Positions 8,742-17,492 of a stretch of DNA of 64,000 bases are shown here, one piece after another. Source of the DNA: an uncultured Chloroflexia bacterium (GTDB lineage: Bacteria; Chloroflexota; Anaerolineae; Anaerolineales; E44-bin32); contig CAWAND010000010.1 in the NCBI GenBank assembly GCA_963783335.1, forward strand, positions 1,397,990 to 1,461,989, in the 5' to 3' direction. Each line of letters begins with the position of its first letter. The stretch's first letter is position 1. The notes under the pieces were generated by a model. That model had not been told where the DNA came from. It was given only the letters and a program-made list of their open reading frames with translations, and did not search any database. The position numbers and the translations under genes were made by a program.

Positions 8742-11369
8742 ATGGAAATTGGAACCGTTCGACAAGTCGACATCGACGAACAGATGCGGGGTGCCTATCT
8801 CGATTACGCGATGAGCGTGATCGTCTCGCGGGCCATCCCCGATGCGTCGGACGGCTTAAAGCCCGTACAGCGCCGAATCTTGTATGCGATGCACGATATG
8901 GGCATCCGGGCGAACTCCTCCTATAGGAAATCGGCCCGCATTGTCGGCGATGTGCTGGGCAAGTTCCACCCTCACGGCGATTCGGCCATCTATGATGCCA
9001 TGGCCCGGATGGCGCAGGACTTCTCGATGCGCTATCCGCTGGTCGACGGTCAGGGCAATTTCGGCTCGATTGATGGCAATTCACCGGCGGCCATGCGGTA
9101 CACCGAGGCGCGTCTGGCTCGAATCGCAGAAGAACTCCTGGTAGATATCGACAAGAACACGGTAGATTTTTCCGACAACTTCGATGGCTCCCTCCAGGAG
9201 CCGAATATCCTGCCGGCTCAGCTCCCCAATCTGCTCCTGAATGGCGCATCTGGCATCGCTGTGGGCATGGCGACCAATATTCCACCCCACAATCTTCGGG
9301 AGCTGGCCCAAGCGATCAACTTCATGATCGAGCGCGATGACGATCAAGACTCGGTCACCGTCGAGGATTTGATGCAGTTTGTCACCGGCCCTGATTTTCC
9401 CACCGGCGGCATGATTGTCGGGATCGAAGGGGTCAAGCAGGCGTACAGCACGGGCCGGGGCAGGATTGTGATGCGGGCAGTGGCGCACATCGAGGAGATG
9501 GCGGGCAATCGCTTCAAGATCGTCATCACCGAGATCCCGTACCAGGTCAACAAGGCCGGTCTGATCGAGCGGATCGCCCAACTTGTACGCGATGGCCGGC
9601 TGGACGAGATCTCCGACCTACGGGATGAATCCGATCGCCGGGGCATGAGCGTGGTGGTGGAACTCAAGCGCGGCGCTCAACCGAAGAAGGTCCTCAATCA
9701 GCTCTTCAAATACACTGCCCTTCAAAGCACGTTTGGGGTTCAACTCCTGGCTCTGGTCGATGGGGAACCTCGGCTTCTGACGCTGAAGAAGTCACTCCAG
9801 ATTTACATCACCCATCGGCAGAGGGTCATCACGCGGCGCTCGGAGTACGAACTGGAGAAGGCGCGTGCGCGCGGCCACATCCTGGAAGGCTTGCTGATTG
9901 CCCTGGCTAATCTGGACGCCGTGATCAAGACCATTCGGCAATCCGAAGATGCTGACGTCGCCAAAGAGAACTTGATGAACAAGTTCAAGCTTTCCGAGCC
10001 CCAGGCTCAGGCCATCCTTGACATGCAGCTCCGCCGTCTGGCGGCGCTCGAGCGCGAAAAGATTGAGAACGAACACAAGGACATTGTCAAACAGATCAAA
10101 TATCTGGAAGACCTGCTGGCGCACCCCAAGAAGATGCTCAAGCTCGTCAAGGAAGAGCTCGATCAGGCGGTCGAAAAGTACGGCGACGAACGGCGAACTC
10201 GGATCGCACCCGACGCAAGCGAGGAATTCAACGAGGAGGATCTTGTCGCGGACGAAGCCGTGCTGGTCAGCGTGACCGAGCGGGGCTACGTCAAGCGGGT
10301 GGCCGCCTCGACCTATCGGCGCCAAGGGCGGGGTGGACGCGGCTTGATAGGACATACGATGCGCGATGAGGACGAAGTGGTCATGCTCGTTCCGGCGCGG
10401 TCGTTGGACACCATGTTGTTCTTCTCCGACAAGGGGAAGGTGTACTCGGAGCGCGTCTATCAAATCCCGGACGCGGACCGAACAGCTCGCGGCATTCCGA
10501 TGGTGAATATCCTGAGCATGGATGCGGACGAAACCATCACCGCCATCACCGTGGTTGCGGACTTTGATGAGGCCAGTTTCTGTACTCTGGCCACACGAAA
10601 AGGCAAGATCAAGCGCGTGGCGCTGTCTGAGTTTTCGTCCGTGCGGCCGTCGGGGCTGATTGCTATGAACCTTGCCAAGGGGGACACGCTGGGGTGGGCA
10701 CGGCTGACCAGCGGCAAGGACGACATCATCCTTGTGACCGCCAATGGCCAGGCGCTTCGCTATCACGAGAAGAACGTGCGTGCCATGGGCCGGCCGGCAG
10801 CGGGCGTGAAATCAATTGGTCTGCGCAAGGGGGATTATGTGGCTTCAATGGATGTTGTGGACAAGAAGGCGGATCTGCTTGTCGTCACCGAGAATGGGTT
10901 TAGCAAGCGCACGCCTCTCTCCGAATATCCAACCAAGGGGCGCGGCACGTATGGTGTTCTGACCCTCAGCCGGGACAAAATCAAGCAGACCGGCAAGGTT
11001 GTGGCGGCGCGGGTTGTCGAAATCGATGATGATTTGAGCATCATCTCCTCCGGCGGCATCATCTTGCGCACCAAGGTTCGCACCATCAGCCAGACGGGGC
11101 GGGCGACGATGGGTGTGCATGCCATCGACCTGAAGAAGGGTGAGACGGTAGCCGGCGTGGCCAGGATCTCGGCTCGGGAACTCGAACAAGCCGGGGTGCA
11201 AGAAGGGGCCGAATCAGGGGACGCCAAGCAAGGCCAGGCCGCCGCGTCAGGGGATGGGGAAGATGAAGGGGGCAAAGCCAAAGGCATAGGAAAGCCAGCT
11301 GCCAAGAAGAAGGCGGCAGCCAAGAAGAACAAGCCGGCCAAGAAACCCCGCTCGGGTAAAGAGAGCTGA
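8742..11369 (+). CDS. gyrA: DNA gyrase subunit A
   Basis: 875 aa. [28 protein letters not shown], active-site [10 protein letters not shown], six-bladed CTD, then a Lys/Ala/Pro-rich basic tail. Confidence 0.97.
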   Translation: MEIGTVRQVDIDEQMRGAYLDYAMSVIVSRAIPDASDGLKPVQRRILYAMHDMGIRANSSYRKSARIVGDVLGKFHPHGDSAIYDAMARMAQDFSMRYPLVDGQGNFGSIDGNSPAAMRYTEARLARIAEELLVDIDKNTVDFSDNFDGSLQEPNILPAQLPNLLLNGASGIAVGMATNIPPHNLRELAQAINFMIERDDDQDSVTVEDLMQFVTGPDFPTGGMIVGIEGVKQAYSTGRGRIVMRAVAHIEEMAGNRFKIVITEIPYQVNKAGLIERIAQLVRDGRLDEISDLRDESDRRGMSVVVELKRGAQPKKVLNQLFKYTALQSTFGVQLLALVDGEPRLLTLKKSLQIYITHRQRVITRRSEYELEKARARGHILEGLLIALANLDAVIKTIRQSEDADVAKENLMNKFKLSEPQAQAILDMQLRRLAALEREKIENEHKDIVKQIKYLEDLLAHPKKMLKLVKEELDQAVEKYGDERRTRIAPDASEEFNEEDLVADEAVLVSVTERGYVKRVAASTYRRQGRGGRGLIGHTMRDEDEVVMLVPARSLDTMLFFSDKGKVYSERVYQIPDADRTARGIPMVNILSMDADETITAITVVADFDEASFCTLATRKGKIKRVALSEFSSVRPSGLIAMNLAKGDTLGWARLTSGKDDIILVTANGQALRYHEKNVRAMGRPAAGVKSIGLRKGDYVASMDVVDKKADLLVVTENGFSKRTPLSEYPTKGRGTYGVLTLSRDKIKQTGKVVAARVVEIDDDLSIISSGGIILRTKVRTISQTGRATMGVHAIDLKKGETVAGVARISARELEQAGVQEGAESGDAKQGQAAASGDGEDEGGKAKGIGKPAAKKKAAAKKNKPAKKPRSGKES

Positions 11370-11397
11370 AGCCTCTCGAGCCAACGCTCGAATCTCG

Positions 11398-11433
11398 CTG
11401 CCGGCCCGACGTACGGGCCGGCAGTTTCTTTTT
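11398..11433 (+). terminator. Rho-independent terminator of gyrA
   Basis: CTGCCGGCCCG-ACGTA-CGGGCCGGCAG perfect 11-bp stem followed by TTTCTTTTT, 29 nt after the gyrA stop. Confidence 0.85.
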
Positions 11434-11473
11434 GCTGCCTGAGGGGAAATCGGCAAGTGCGTAGGGGCCTAGA

Positions 11474-12301
11474 TTAGTCGGCCAGAACCAGGCTGCCGTC
11501 ACCATCCCATTTGGCCCGCCTACGCGACCCGCTGGCGCCGATCAGCCGTTGGGCAAGGACAGCTAGGTGATCAGCATCATCGGAAGAGACAAAGGTAAGT
11601 GATCCTGGCGCCCCCTCGGCGACAAGCAGGCCATGCGAGTCGAGCAGGCGGCGCGTTTGCCGGGCGACGGCAGGGGCAGGATCGATGACCTTCACGGCCG
11701 GCCCCACGATCTCTTGTAGCAGCGGGATGATGAAGGGGTAGTGGGTACACCCCAGGACCAGCGTGTCAATGCTATCCGCCAGAAGCGGCCTGACGGCATT
11801 GGCCAGGATCTCGCGAGTGGACCGGCTCGAGAGGTCACCAGCCTCGATCCGCTCCACCAGTCCGGGGGCCGTGGCCTGATGGATATCGAGGCCCTCGCCA
11901 AAGCGTTCGACCAGCGATGAAAACAACTGCCCTTGAAAGGTGGCTGGGGTCGCCAGCACCCCGATGTGGCCGCTCTTCGTGACCTTGGCCGCAGGCTTGA
12001 CGGCCGGTTCCATGCCGACAAACGGCACATCGGGCAGTCGTTCTCGCAACCCCTTCAAAGCGGCAGCTGAGGCCGTATTGCAGGCGACAACGATGAGCTT
12101 GGCGTCAAGCGCGAGCAGGAGGTGGGTGATACCCAGGCTGAAGCTGGCCACTTCCTCCAGCGATCGGGGGCCGTAGGGGACGTGGGCCTGATCGGCAAAG
12201 TAGAGGATGTTTTCGGCCGGGAGTGACCGCCGGATGGCCGCCAGGATGGAGAGACCGCCGACACCCGAATCGAAAACACCAATTGGCCGCGGATCGCTCA
12301 T
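11474..12301 (-). CDS. murI: Glutamate racemase
   Basis: 275 aa. IGVFDSGVGGLSIL, VVACNTASA and LGCTHYP catalytic-Cys motifs. Confidence 0.93.
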   Translation of the reverse strand: MSDPRPIGVFDSGVGGLSILAAIRRSLPAENILYFADQAHVPYGPRSLEEVASFSLGITHLLLALDAKLIVVACNTASAAALKGLRERLPDVPFVGMEPAVKPAAKVTKSGHIGVLATPATFQGQLFSSLVERFGEGLDIHQATAPGLVERIEAGDLSSRSTREILANAVRPLLADSIDTLVLGCTHYPFIIPLLQEIVGPAVKVIDPAPAVARQTRRLLDSHGLLVAEGAPGSLTFVSSDDADHLAVLAQRLIGASGSRRRAKWDGDGSLVLAD

Positions 12302-12393
12302 GACAGATGGTGGGCAAGCGGGGCGAACCGTCGTTTGGTCCCGGACGACCCGTGTGCTGTGTTTGGCATAAGCAGCAGGTTAACAGGAGAGCC

Positions 12394-12426
12394 AGAAAAA
12401 GAAAAGGTGCAGCCGGCGGCTGCACC
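12394..12426 (-). terminator. Rho-independent terminator of rplS
   Basis: On the minus strand GGTGCAGCC-loop-GGCTGCACC followed by TTTTCTTTTTCT, about 20 nt after the rplS stop. Confidence 0.8.
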
Positions 12427-12447
12427 TGGTCGAATTCTTGGGGGAGA

Positions 12448-12825
12448 TTAGGCCTTGCGCTTTTCCTTGAGGCGGGCGCGCTTTCCGGTCCGCTCACGGA
12501 GGTAGTAGAGCTGGCCTCGGCGCACGCGTGCGTTGCGCTCGATTTCAACCTTTTCGAGCAGCGGCGAGCGCACCATGAAGGTCCGCTCGACGCCAATACC
12601 GTGAGAGGCGATACGGCGCACGGTAAAATTGGCGCTGTTGCCGCCCTTCCTGATGCGAATCACCGTGCCACGGAACTCCTGGATACGCTCCCGGTCGCCT
12701 TCTTTGATGCGGACATGGACGTTCACGCTGTCGCCAGGGTGTAGTTGGGGGATGTTCTCGTTGTCCGGCGCCACCGGCACACGCACCGGGGCGTTGCTGT
12801 CAGTCTGGTCGCTCATGGTCTTCAC
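12448..12825 (-). CDS. rplS: 50S ribosomal protein L19
   Basis: GDSVNVHVRIKEGDRERIQEFRGTVI..FTVRRIASHGIGVERTF..SPLLEKVEI is the L19 core. Start may be the ATG at 12816 (MSDQTD). Confidence 0.93.
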   Translation of the reverse strand: MKTMSDQTDSNAPVRVPVAPDNENIPQLHPGDSVNVHVRIKEGDRERIQEFRGTVIRIRKGGNSANFTVRRIASHGIGVERTFMVRSPLLEKVEIERNARVRRGQLYYLRERTGKRARLKEKRKA

Positions 12826-13004
12826 CCTTATGCCTGGTGTTCAGATAGTCGGCCGCCCTTTGCGGGCGGCACAAGAGACGAGTATAACACAGGCTCGGCG
12901 AGGACGTCCACGGGGTCTTTGCGCTGGCGCGGCAGCTCGACGGTGTCTCCGGCACATGCCGGCGCGACATTCGCCGGACCCAATGTGTATGATGGATAGG
13001 AAGA

Positions 13005-13559
13005 ATGCCCGAGCTGACGGACCAAGCCCTGGTGTTGGGCGCCCTGCGCGGAGAGGTCCAGGCGTACGGGGAGCTGGTGCGACGCTACCAGACGTCGGTA
13101 TACAATGTCTGTTATCGCTTGATGGGTGAGCGTCAAAGCGCCGAAGACCGGGCCCAAGATGCCTTTGCGCGGGCCTACCGACGCCTGGAGACATTTGACG
13201 TCGAACGGCCCTTCGGCCCCTGGATCCGACGGGTGGCGACCAATGTGTGCCTCAATCACCTCAACCGCGCTGATCCTGCCACAGCCCCTCTTGAAGAGGA
13301 GTTTGGCGAGTACGCGGTCGCCAGCCTGGGGGAGCCAGAGAAGGAGCTGCAGCGGGCAGAAAGGGCGCAGAGCGTGAGGGCAGCGCTGCAAACGCTGCCT
13401 CCGCACTACCAAGCGGTCATCGAGCTGCGCCATTATCAAGACCTGAGCTACGCCGAGATTGGAAGGGCGCTGGGGTTGACCATGAGCGAAGTCAAAACGC
13501 ACCTGTATCGGGCCCGCAAGGCGCTGGGCGAGCGGTTGAGATCGGAAGGACTGGGATGA
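13005..13559 (+). CDS. ECF-type RNA polymerase sigma-70 family factor
   Basis: 184 aa. Region 2 AEDRAQDAFARAYRRL..FGPWIRRVATNVCLNHL, region 4 LSYAEIGRALGLTMSEVKTHLYRARKAL. Confidence 0.9.
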   Translation: MPELTDQALVLGALRGEVQAYGELVRRYQTSVYNVCYRLMGERQSAEDRAQDAFARAYRRLETFDVERPFGPWIRRVATNVCLNHLNRADPATAPLEEEFGEYAVASLGEPEKELQRAERAQSVRAALQTLPPHYQAVIELRHYQDLSYAEIGRALGLTMSEVKTHLYRARKALGERLRSEGLG

Positions 13560-14146
13560 GCCATGTCAGCGCTGCCGAGCTCCAGGCCTTCCTTGACCAT
13601 GAACTCAACGACACCCAGCGCAGCCTGGTTTCTGAGCATGTGGAGGCGTGTCCGGCTTGCAGGGCGAGGCTGGGGGAGTTCCAGAGCCTGTTTGCAGACA
13701 TCGAATCCATGCCGGAGGTGCCTTTGCACGCGGACCTTGTTCCCGGGGTTCTGTCTCGCCTGGCGCCCCAGTCAGTTATCAGCCGCGGCGTACGGTGGTT
13801 CCTGCTGGCCGAGCTGGCCCTGGGCGGCGGCGCGATGATGGCGGCTTTGCGTTGGCTGAACTTGACCCTGCCGACATGGACTGAAGGGCTGGGTCCATCA
13901 TGGCAGGCGTGGATCCGTCCTGAGGCTCTGGCGATGTGGCTGCGTTCTTTGACGACGCCGGTCTTGGATGGGCTCTCCACGCTCGGATCTTTCTCGACAA
14001 GCGCCACGGCCCCGTTGTCTACCGCGCTTCCGGTGACCGGCTGGCTGGTGATCCTGGCAGGATCGCTTGTGGCGGGTCTGGCCGCCAACGGCTTGCTCCT
14101 CACCCGGACCATCCAGCCCCGGCGTGAGAAGCGAGGATCGGCATGA
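13556..14146 (+). CDS. Anti-sigma factor (zf-HC2 N-terminus, membrane-spanning)
   Basis: ATGA overlap with the sigma gene. HxxxCxxC motif HVEACPACRARL, followed by TM segments. Confidence 0.75.
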   Translation: MSHVSAAELQAFLDHELNDTQRSLVSEHVEACPACRARLGEFQSLFADIESMPEVPLHADLVPGVLSRLAPQSVISRGVRWFLLAELALGGGAMMAALRWLNLTLPTWTEGLGPSWQAWIRPEALAMWLRSLTTPVLDGLSTLGSFSTSATAPLSTALPVTGWLVILAGSLVAGLAANGLLLTRTIQPRREKRGSA

Positions 14147-14168
14147 CTGGTTCCCAACGGAGATTAAC

Positions 14169-14672
14169 ATGAACAACGGTGCCTCCATAGTATTGATGAC
14201 CCTTGCCATCGGGATCACACTGGTGGCCCTGTTTGCTGTGATGGCGGCGCTCTTCTCGGCTGCGATCGCACGCACGCGTCGCAGCATGGAGGCTTCTGCC
14301 GGTGCTTCCTTTGCCGTCGGCCTGGTCAACACCTTCTTTATGGGCGGGATTGTGGCGGCGCTAGCTGGGCTGGCGGACGGATTGGACTTTGCACTCTTGC
14401 GTGCACCGGCTTTGGCCCTGCTTGTCATTCTGATCGTCCTGCTGATGTTTGGGCTGGCCGGATCAGCCCTGATGGTGGGTGGCAGGCTGTTTCCCGAACG
14501 ATCCGCAACCGGCCAGGTCTTGCTTGGAGGAACCGCATTGGTGCTTGCCTGCCTGACACCGTTTGTGGGCTGGTTTGGGCTCTTTCCCTACGTCAGCTTC
14601 TTGGGGATCGGCGGCTTCATCCTCAGCCTGTTTCGCAAAGGGGCCGACGCGCTCCCGCAGGCGGACGGCTGA
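14169..14672 (+). CDS. Polytopic membrane protein, paralogue of 15472..16020
   Basis: ATG 14169 inside tracked ORF 14067..14672. About 4 TM helices. Shares an ordered pattern with the 15472 protein (R-rich loop, AF-x-GL, GGRL-x-E, L/FxGWxxxxP, SLFxK/LLKW). Confidence 0.6.
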   Translation: MNNGASIVLMTLAIGITLVALFAVMAALFSAAIARTRRSMEASAGASFAVGLVNTFFMGGIVAALAGLADGLDFALLRAPALALLVILIVLLMFGLAGSALMVGGRLFPERSATGQVLLGGTALVLACLTPFVGWFGLFPYVSFLGIGGFILSLFRKGADALPQADG

Positions 14673-14830
14673 ACCCCCGACTTATCCTTGTGCCAGCCTC
14701 AATGTCTTGTCTCACCCTGACCTCACGCAGTTGATCGACCCACATCTACCTACCCCCACGCAGGGGCGGCAATCGTCGGTCGGGTAGGCAATGCTTGGCT
14801 GAAATCCTATGCGTGTGGGTAGTTTGCCTA

Positions 14831-14859
14831 TTGATATTGGGCCGAATCCATGCTACTCT
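14831..14859 (+). promoter_or_regulatory. Sigma-70-like promoter TTGATA-N17-TACTCT with TGc extended -10
   Basis: TTGATA 14831-14836, 17-nt spacer ending TGC, TACTCT 14854-14859. Sits 21 nt upstream of the 23-codon ORF. Confidence 0.4.
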
Positions 14860-14879
14860 GGAGTCAGATTGGAGGACGT

Positions 14880-14951
14880 ATGACCATCATTGTGGTCGTT
14901 CTGTTCTTCTTGGCGTGCGCTCTGCTCCTGCCGCAGCCCGTTCTAGAATAG
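14880..14951 (+). CDS. Candidate 23-aa hydrophobic micro-protein (MTIIVVVLFFLACALLLPQPVLE)
   Basis: GGAGGA 4 nt before the ATG. Own promoter-like element upstream and own terminator downstream. Too short for the ORF track. No homology claim possible. Confidence 0.35.
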   Translation: MTIIVVVLFFLACALLLPQPVLE

Positions 14952-15008
14952 GCCAGTTGGCACGCGCATAGAGCGTCAGAACAGACCTGAATCAAGCAAA
15001 TTTCACGT

Positions 15009-15057
15009 CTCCCGGACAGCTTGGATTCCCATTCAGGCGGTCTGGGAGTTGTTTTTT
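15009..15057 (+). terminator. Rho-independent terminator after the micro-ORF
   Basis: CTCCCGGAC (15009-15017) pairs with GTCTGGGAG (15040-15048) over 9 bp including one G-U, followed by TTGTTTTTT. Confidence 0.55.
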
Positions 15058-15471
15058 GGCGATAGACCAGATCCATCTTGCGTCTGCCAGCCATCCACCT
15101 GAGACCCTGAAAGACACCAGTTTGGCACAGCCTACCCGACAGGGTGGTCATCTTGGGCTGGTCGCCCGGAGGGGCGCCAGAAGAAACCTGCCCGGTCTCC
15201 TTTGATTCTCGCCCGGTGCACGCCGGGGTTGAACATATCCGCCCCATCCAGACCAGCGGACGGACGGCATGCCGCGCCTGGAACAAGCCTTCAATTCCAG
15301 GTGAGCCCAGCCGGCATGATCCAAGCCGAGCCGATCAGACAACGCGGCAGGGCCAGGGACCATGGAGCAGCTGGATGATTGGTGGGCGCGTGAAACGCGA
15401 CAATCAGGCCCCGAAGGCTGTAGTTAACGGCAGGGGACGCTGGACGAGCGAACGATCGCAAGGAGGTTCTG

Positions 15472-16020
15472 ATGGCCGACGTGTATGCAGTGTTCGGAAC
15501 GCTTTTGGCCCTGGGCATCGTGTTTCCAGGGATGCTGATGGCGTGGTGGCTGCTGTTTCCAAGCGTCGTCGACCGGGCTCAGAGGCGGCTGAGTGAGACT
15601 CCGGGGCGGGCCTTCGCCTTGGGACTGGCGGGTGCTTTGGTGATCGGCCTGCCCACCATGATTCTGTTGGCTCTGCCCTTTGGCCCGGCCAAACTCATCG
15701 CCAGCCTGCTTCTGATGGCGACCCTCCTCCTGGCGAGTTTTGGCGCAGCCGGATTGGCGGCTTCGATGGGTGGACGCCTTGCGGAGAAGGCGGGCTGGGG
15801 CCGCCCAGATGTGAAAGCGTTCCTGGGTGGGGCGCTGGCGCTCGAGTTGGCAGCAGCCTTCCCTCTTCTGGGTTGGTTGATTGTGATCCCTTTCACAATC
15901 GTCACTTGTCTGGGGGCCAGTTTGTTCTCCCTGTTGAAGTGGATGCCGGGGCCAGAAGGCGAAATCGAGAACGCGATGGTTGTCGAAGGGAGCCTGGCTG
16001 GTGAGCCTCAGTCGGCGTGA
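15472..16020 (+). CDS. Polytopic membrane protein, paralogue of 14169..14672
   Basis: 182 aa, AAGGAGG 5 nt upstream of the ATG, 4-5 TM helices. 3' end overlaps the DUF1800 gene start. Confidence 0.65.
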   Translation: MADVYAVFGTLLALGIVFPGMLMAWWLLFPSVVDRAQRRLSETPGRAFALGLAGALVIGLPTMILLALPFGPAKLIASLLLMATLLLASFGAAGLAASMGGRLAEKAGWGRPDVKAFLGGALALELAAAFPLLGWLIVIPFTIVTCLGASLFSLLKWMPGPEGEIENAMVVEGSLAGEPQSA

Positions 16021-17488
16021 CTTCCTGCGGTTGACCGGCTGGGTGGCTGGGTCGGCCGCCGTGACCGCTTGTGCCCCCGCCTACGATCGGCTCTCCCAAA
16101 TCGGGGCGGCCAGACAGATACGCCCGGCAGCCAACGAAACCATCTTTCGCAAGCTCGGACGATTATCGTACGGCCCTCTGCCAGATGAACGCCAACAAGC
16201 GGCGGACCACGGATTGGCGGCCTGGATCGAGGCACAGCTGGCTCCAGAGTCGCTGGATGATGCACGGGCGGAGATTCGGCTGCGTCCCTACGATGCGCTT
16301 GCCCTGGAAGCGGATGTGCTGGCCGATTGGGAACAAGATACTGTGGTCGATCAACTGCGCCGGGCCACGTTGCTCAGGCGTCAATACAGCCACCGCCAGC
16401 TCTACGAGAGGATGGTCGAATTCTGGACCGACCATTTCAACATCTATGTTGCCAAAGGTGATTGCTGGTTCCTGAAAGTCGTAGACGACCGGGAAGTGGT
16501 CCGGGCTCACGCGTTGGGCAACTTTCGAGATCTTCTGCTGGCATCCGCCCATTCACCGGCCATGCTTGTCTATCTGGACAACCAGGCCAATGAAAAGGAA
16601 GCCCCCAACGAGAACTACAGCCGAGAAGTCATGGAGCTGCATACCCTGGGCGTGGGCAGCGGTTACACCCAAACGGATGTCATGCAGCTGGCCCGCTGCC
16701 TCACCGGATGGGGAGTGAAGGGACACTTCTGGCGCGGCCAGTTCACGTTTGACGCCGACCAACATGCCGGTGGGGTGAAGCGGGTGCTGGGGCAGGTGGT
16801 CCCACCGGGAGGTGAGGCCGAGGCCGAGCAAGTGCTGGCGAGGCTGGCCTTGCATCCCGCGACAGCACATCACCTCGCTGCCGAGCTTGTCGAAAGATTC
16901 GTCGTGGACCATCCGCTGACTGCCGCCCCAAATTTGGTGGCGGCGGCCGCCGATGCATTCTTGAAGTCGGGCGGTGAAATCAAGTCGATGCTCCAGGTAA
17001 TTTTGCTGGATGGATTGGCCCGGTCCGATTTCGACCTGCCGTCCAAGTTCAAACGACCATCCGACTATGTCTCTTCCGCCCTCCGGCTGCTGCAGGTGGA
17101 GAACGATGGCGGTCCGGCTGTGCAGTCCCATCTGTCGGCCATGGGCCAGGGCTTGTTCGAATGGCCGACGCCAGATGGACCGCCAGACGTTGAAGAAGCC
17201 TGGGCCTCCAATCTGCTCCCCCGCTGGTCATTCGCCATTGAATTGGCCCAGGACGAGCTCGAGGGAAGTCGGGCGAACCTGCCGGGGCTGATCGAATCCG
17301 AAGCGGCCTCATCGCCAGGCGACATCCTGACGGCCTTGAGTCTGCTGCTTTTGGGAAGGGCGCCGGAACCTGGGATCGCCAACACCCTCGCCGACGGCCT
17401 CCGTCAATCCGGCGCCGATACGTCGGAGGAGGTCACGGCGATCATGGCGGCTGGACTGCTGGCATCTCCCGCCTTTCAATGGAGGTAA
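16001..17488 (+). CDS. DUF1800 family protein with Tat signal
   Basis: Tracked ORF 15980..17488. GTG 16001 gives VSLSRRDFLRLTGWVAGSAAVTACAP (twin-arginine motif). Body has DUF1800-type blocks (FWTDHFN, NENYSREVMELHTLGV). Start is 15980 or 16001. Confidence 0.75.
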   Translation: MSLSRRDFLRLTGWVAGSAAVTACAPAYDRLSQIGAARQIRPAANETIFRKLGRLSYGPLPDERQQAADHGLAAWIEAQLAPESLDDARAEIRLRPYDALALEADVLADWEQDTVVDQLRRATLLRRQYSHRQLYERMVEFWTDHFNIYVAKGDCWFLKVVDDREVVRAHALGNFRDLLLASAHSPAMLVYLDNQANEKEAPNENYSREVMELHTLGVGSGYTQTDVMQLARCLTGWGVKGHFWRGQFTFDADQHAGGVKRVLGQVVPPGGEAEAEQVLARLALHPATAHHLAAELVERFVVDHPLTAAPNLVAAAADAFLKSGGEIKSMLQVILLDGLARSDFDLPSKFKRPSDYVSSALRLLQVENDGGPAVQSHLSAMGQGLFEWPTPDGPPDVEEAWASNLLPRWSFAIELAQDELEGSRANLPGLIESEAASSPGDILTALSLLLLGRAPEPGIANTLADGLRQSGADTSEEVTAIMAAGLLASPAFQWR

Positions 17489-17492
17489 ACCT

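Noticed and set aside
9792-10766. Long antisense ORFs: 9792..10766, 24293..25321, 39643..40860, 43496..44344, 48208..49554, 49780..50688, 54211..55137 and 58065..58856 (all minus)
   Set aside because: They are shadow ORFs typical of high-GC DNA. They are R/P/G/H-rich with no motifs, and each lies fully inside a strongly supported + strand gene.
14864-15596. ORFs 14864..15286(-), 15144..15596(+) and 15291..15518(-) filling the 800-bp gap
   Set aside because: Biased R/P/G/C-rich composition, no SD, no motifs, and mutually overlapping. Treated as non-coding.
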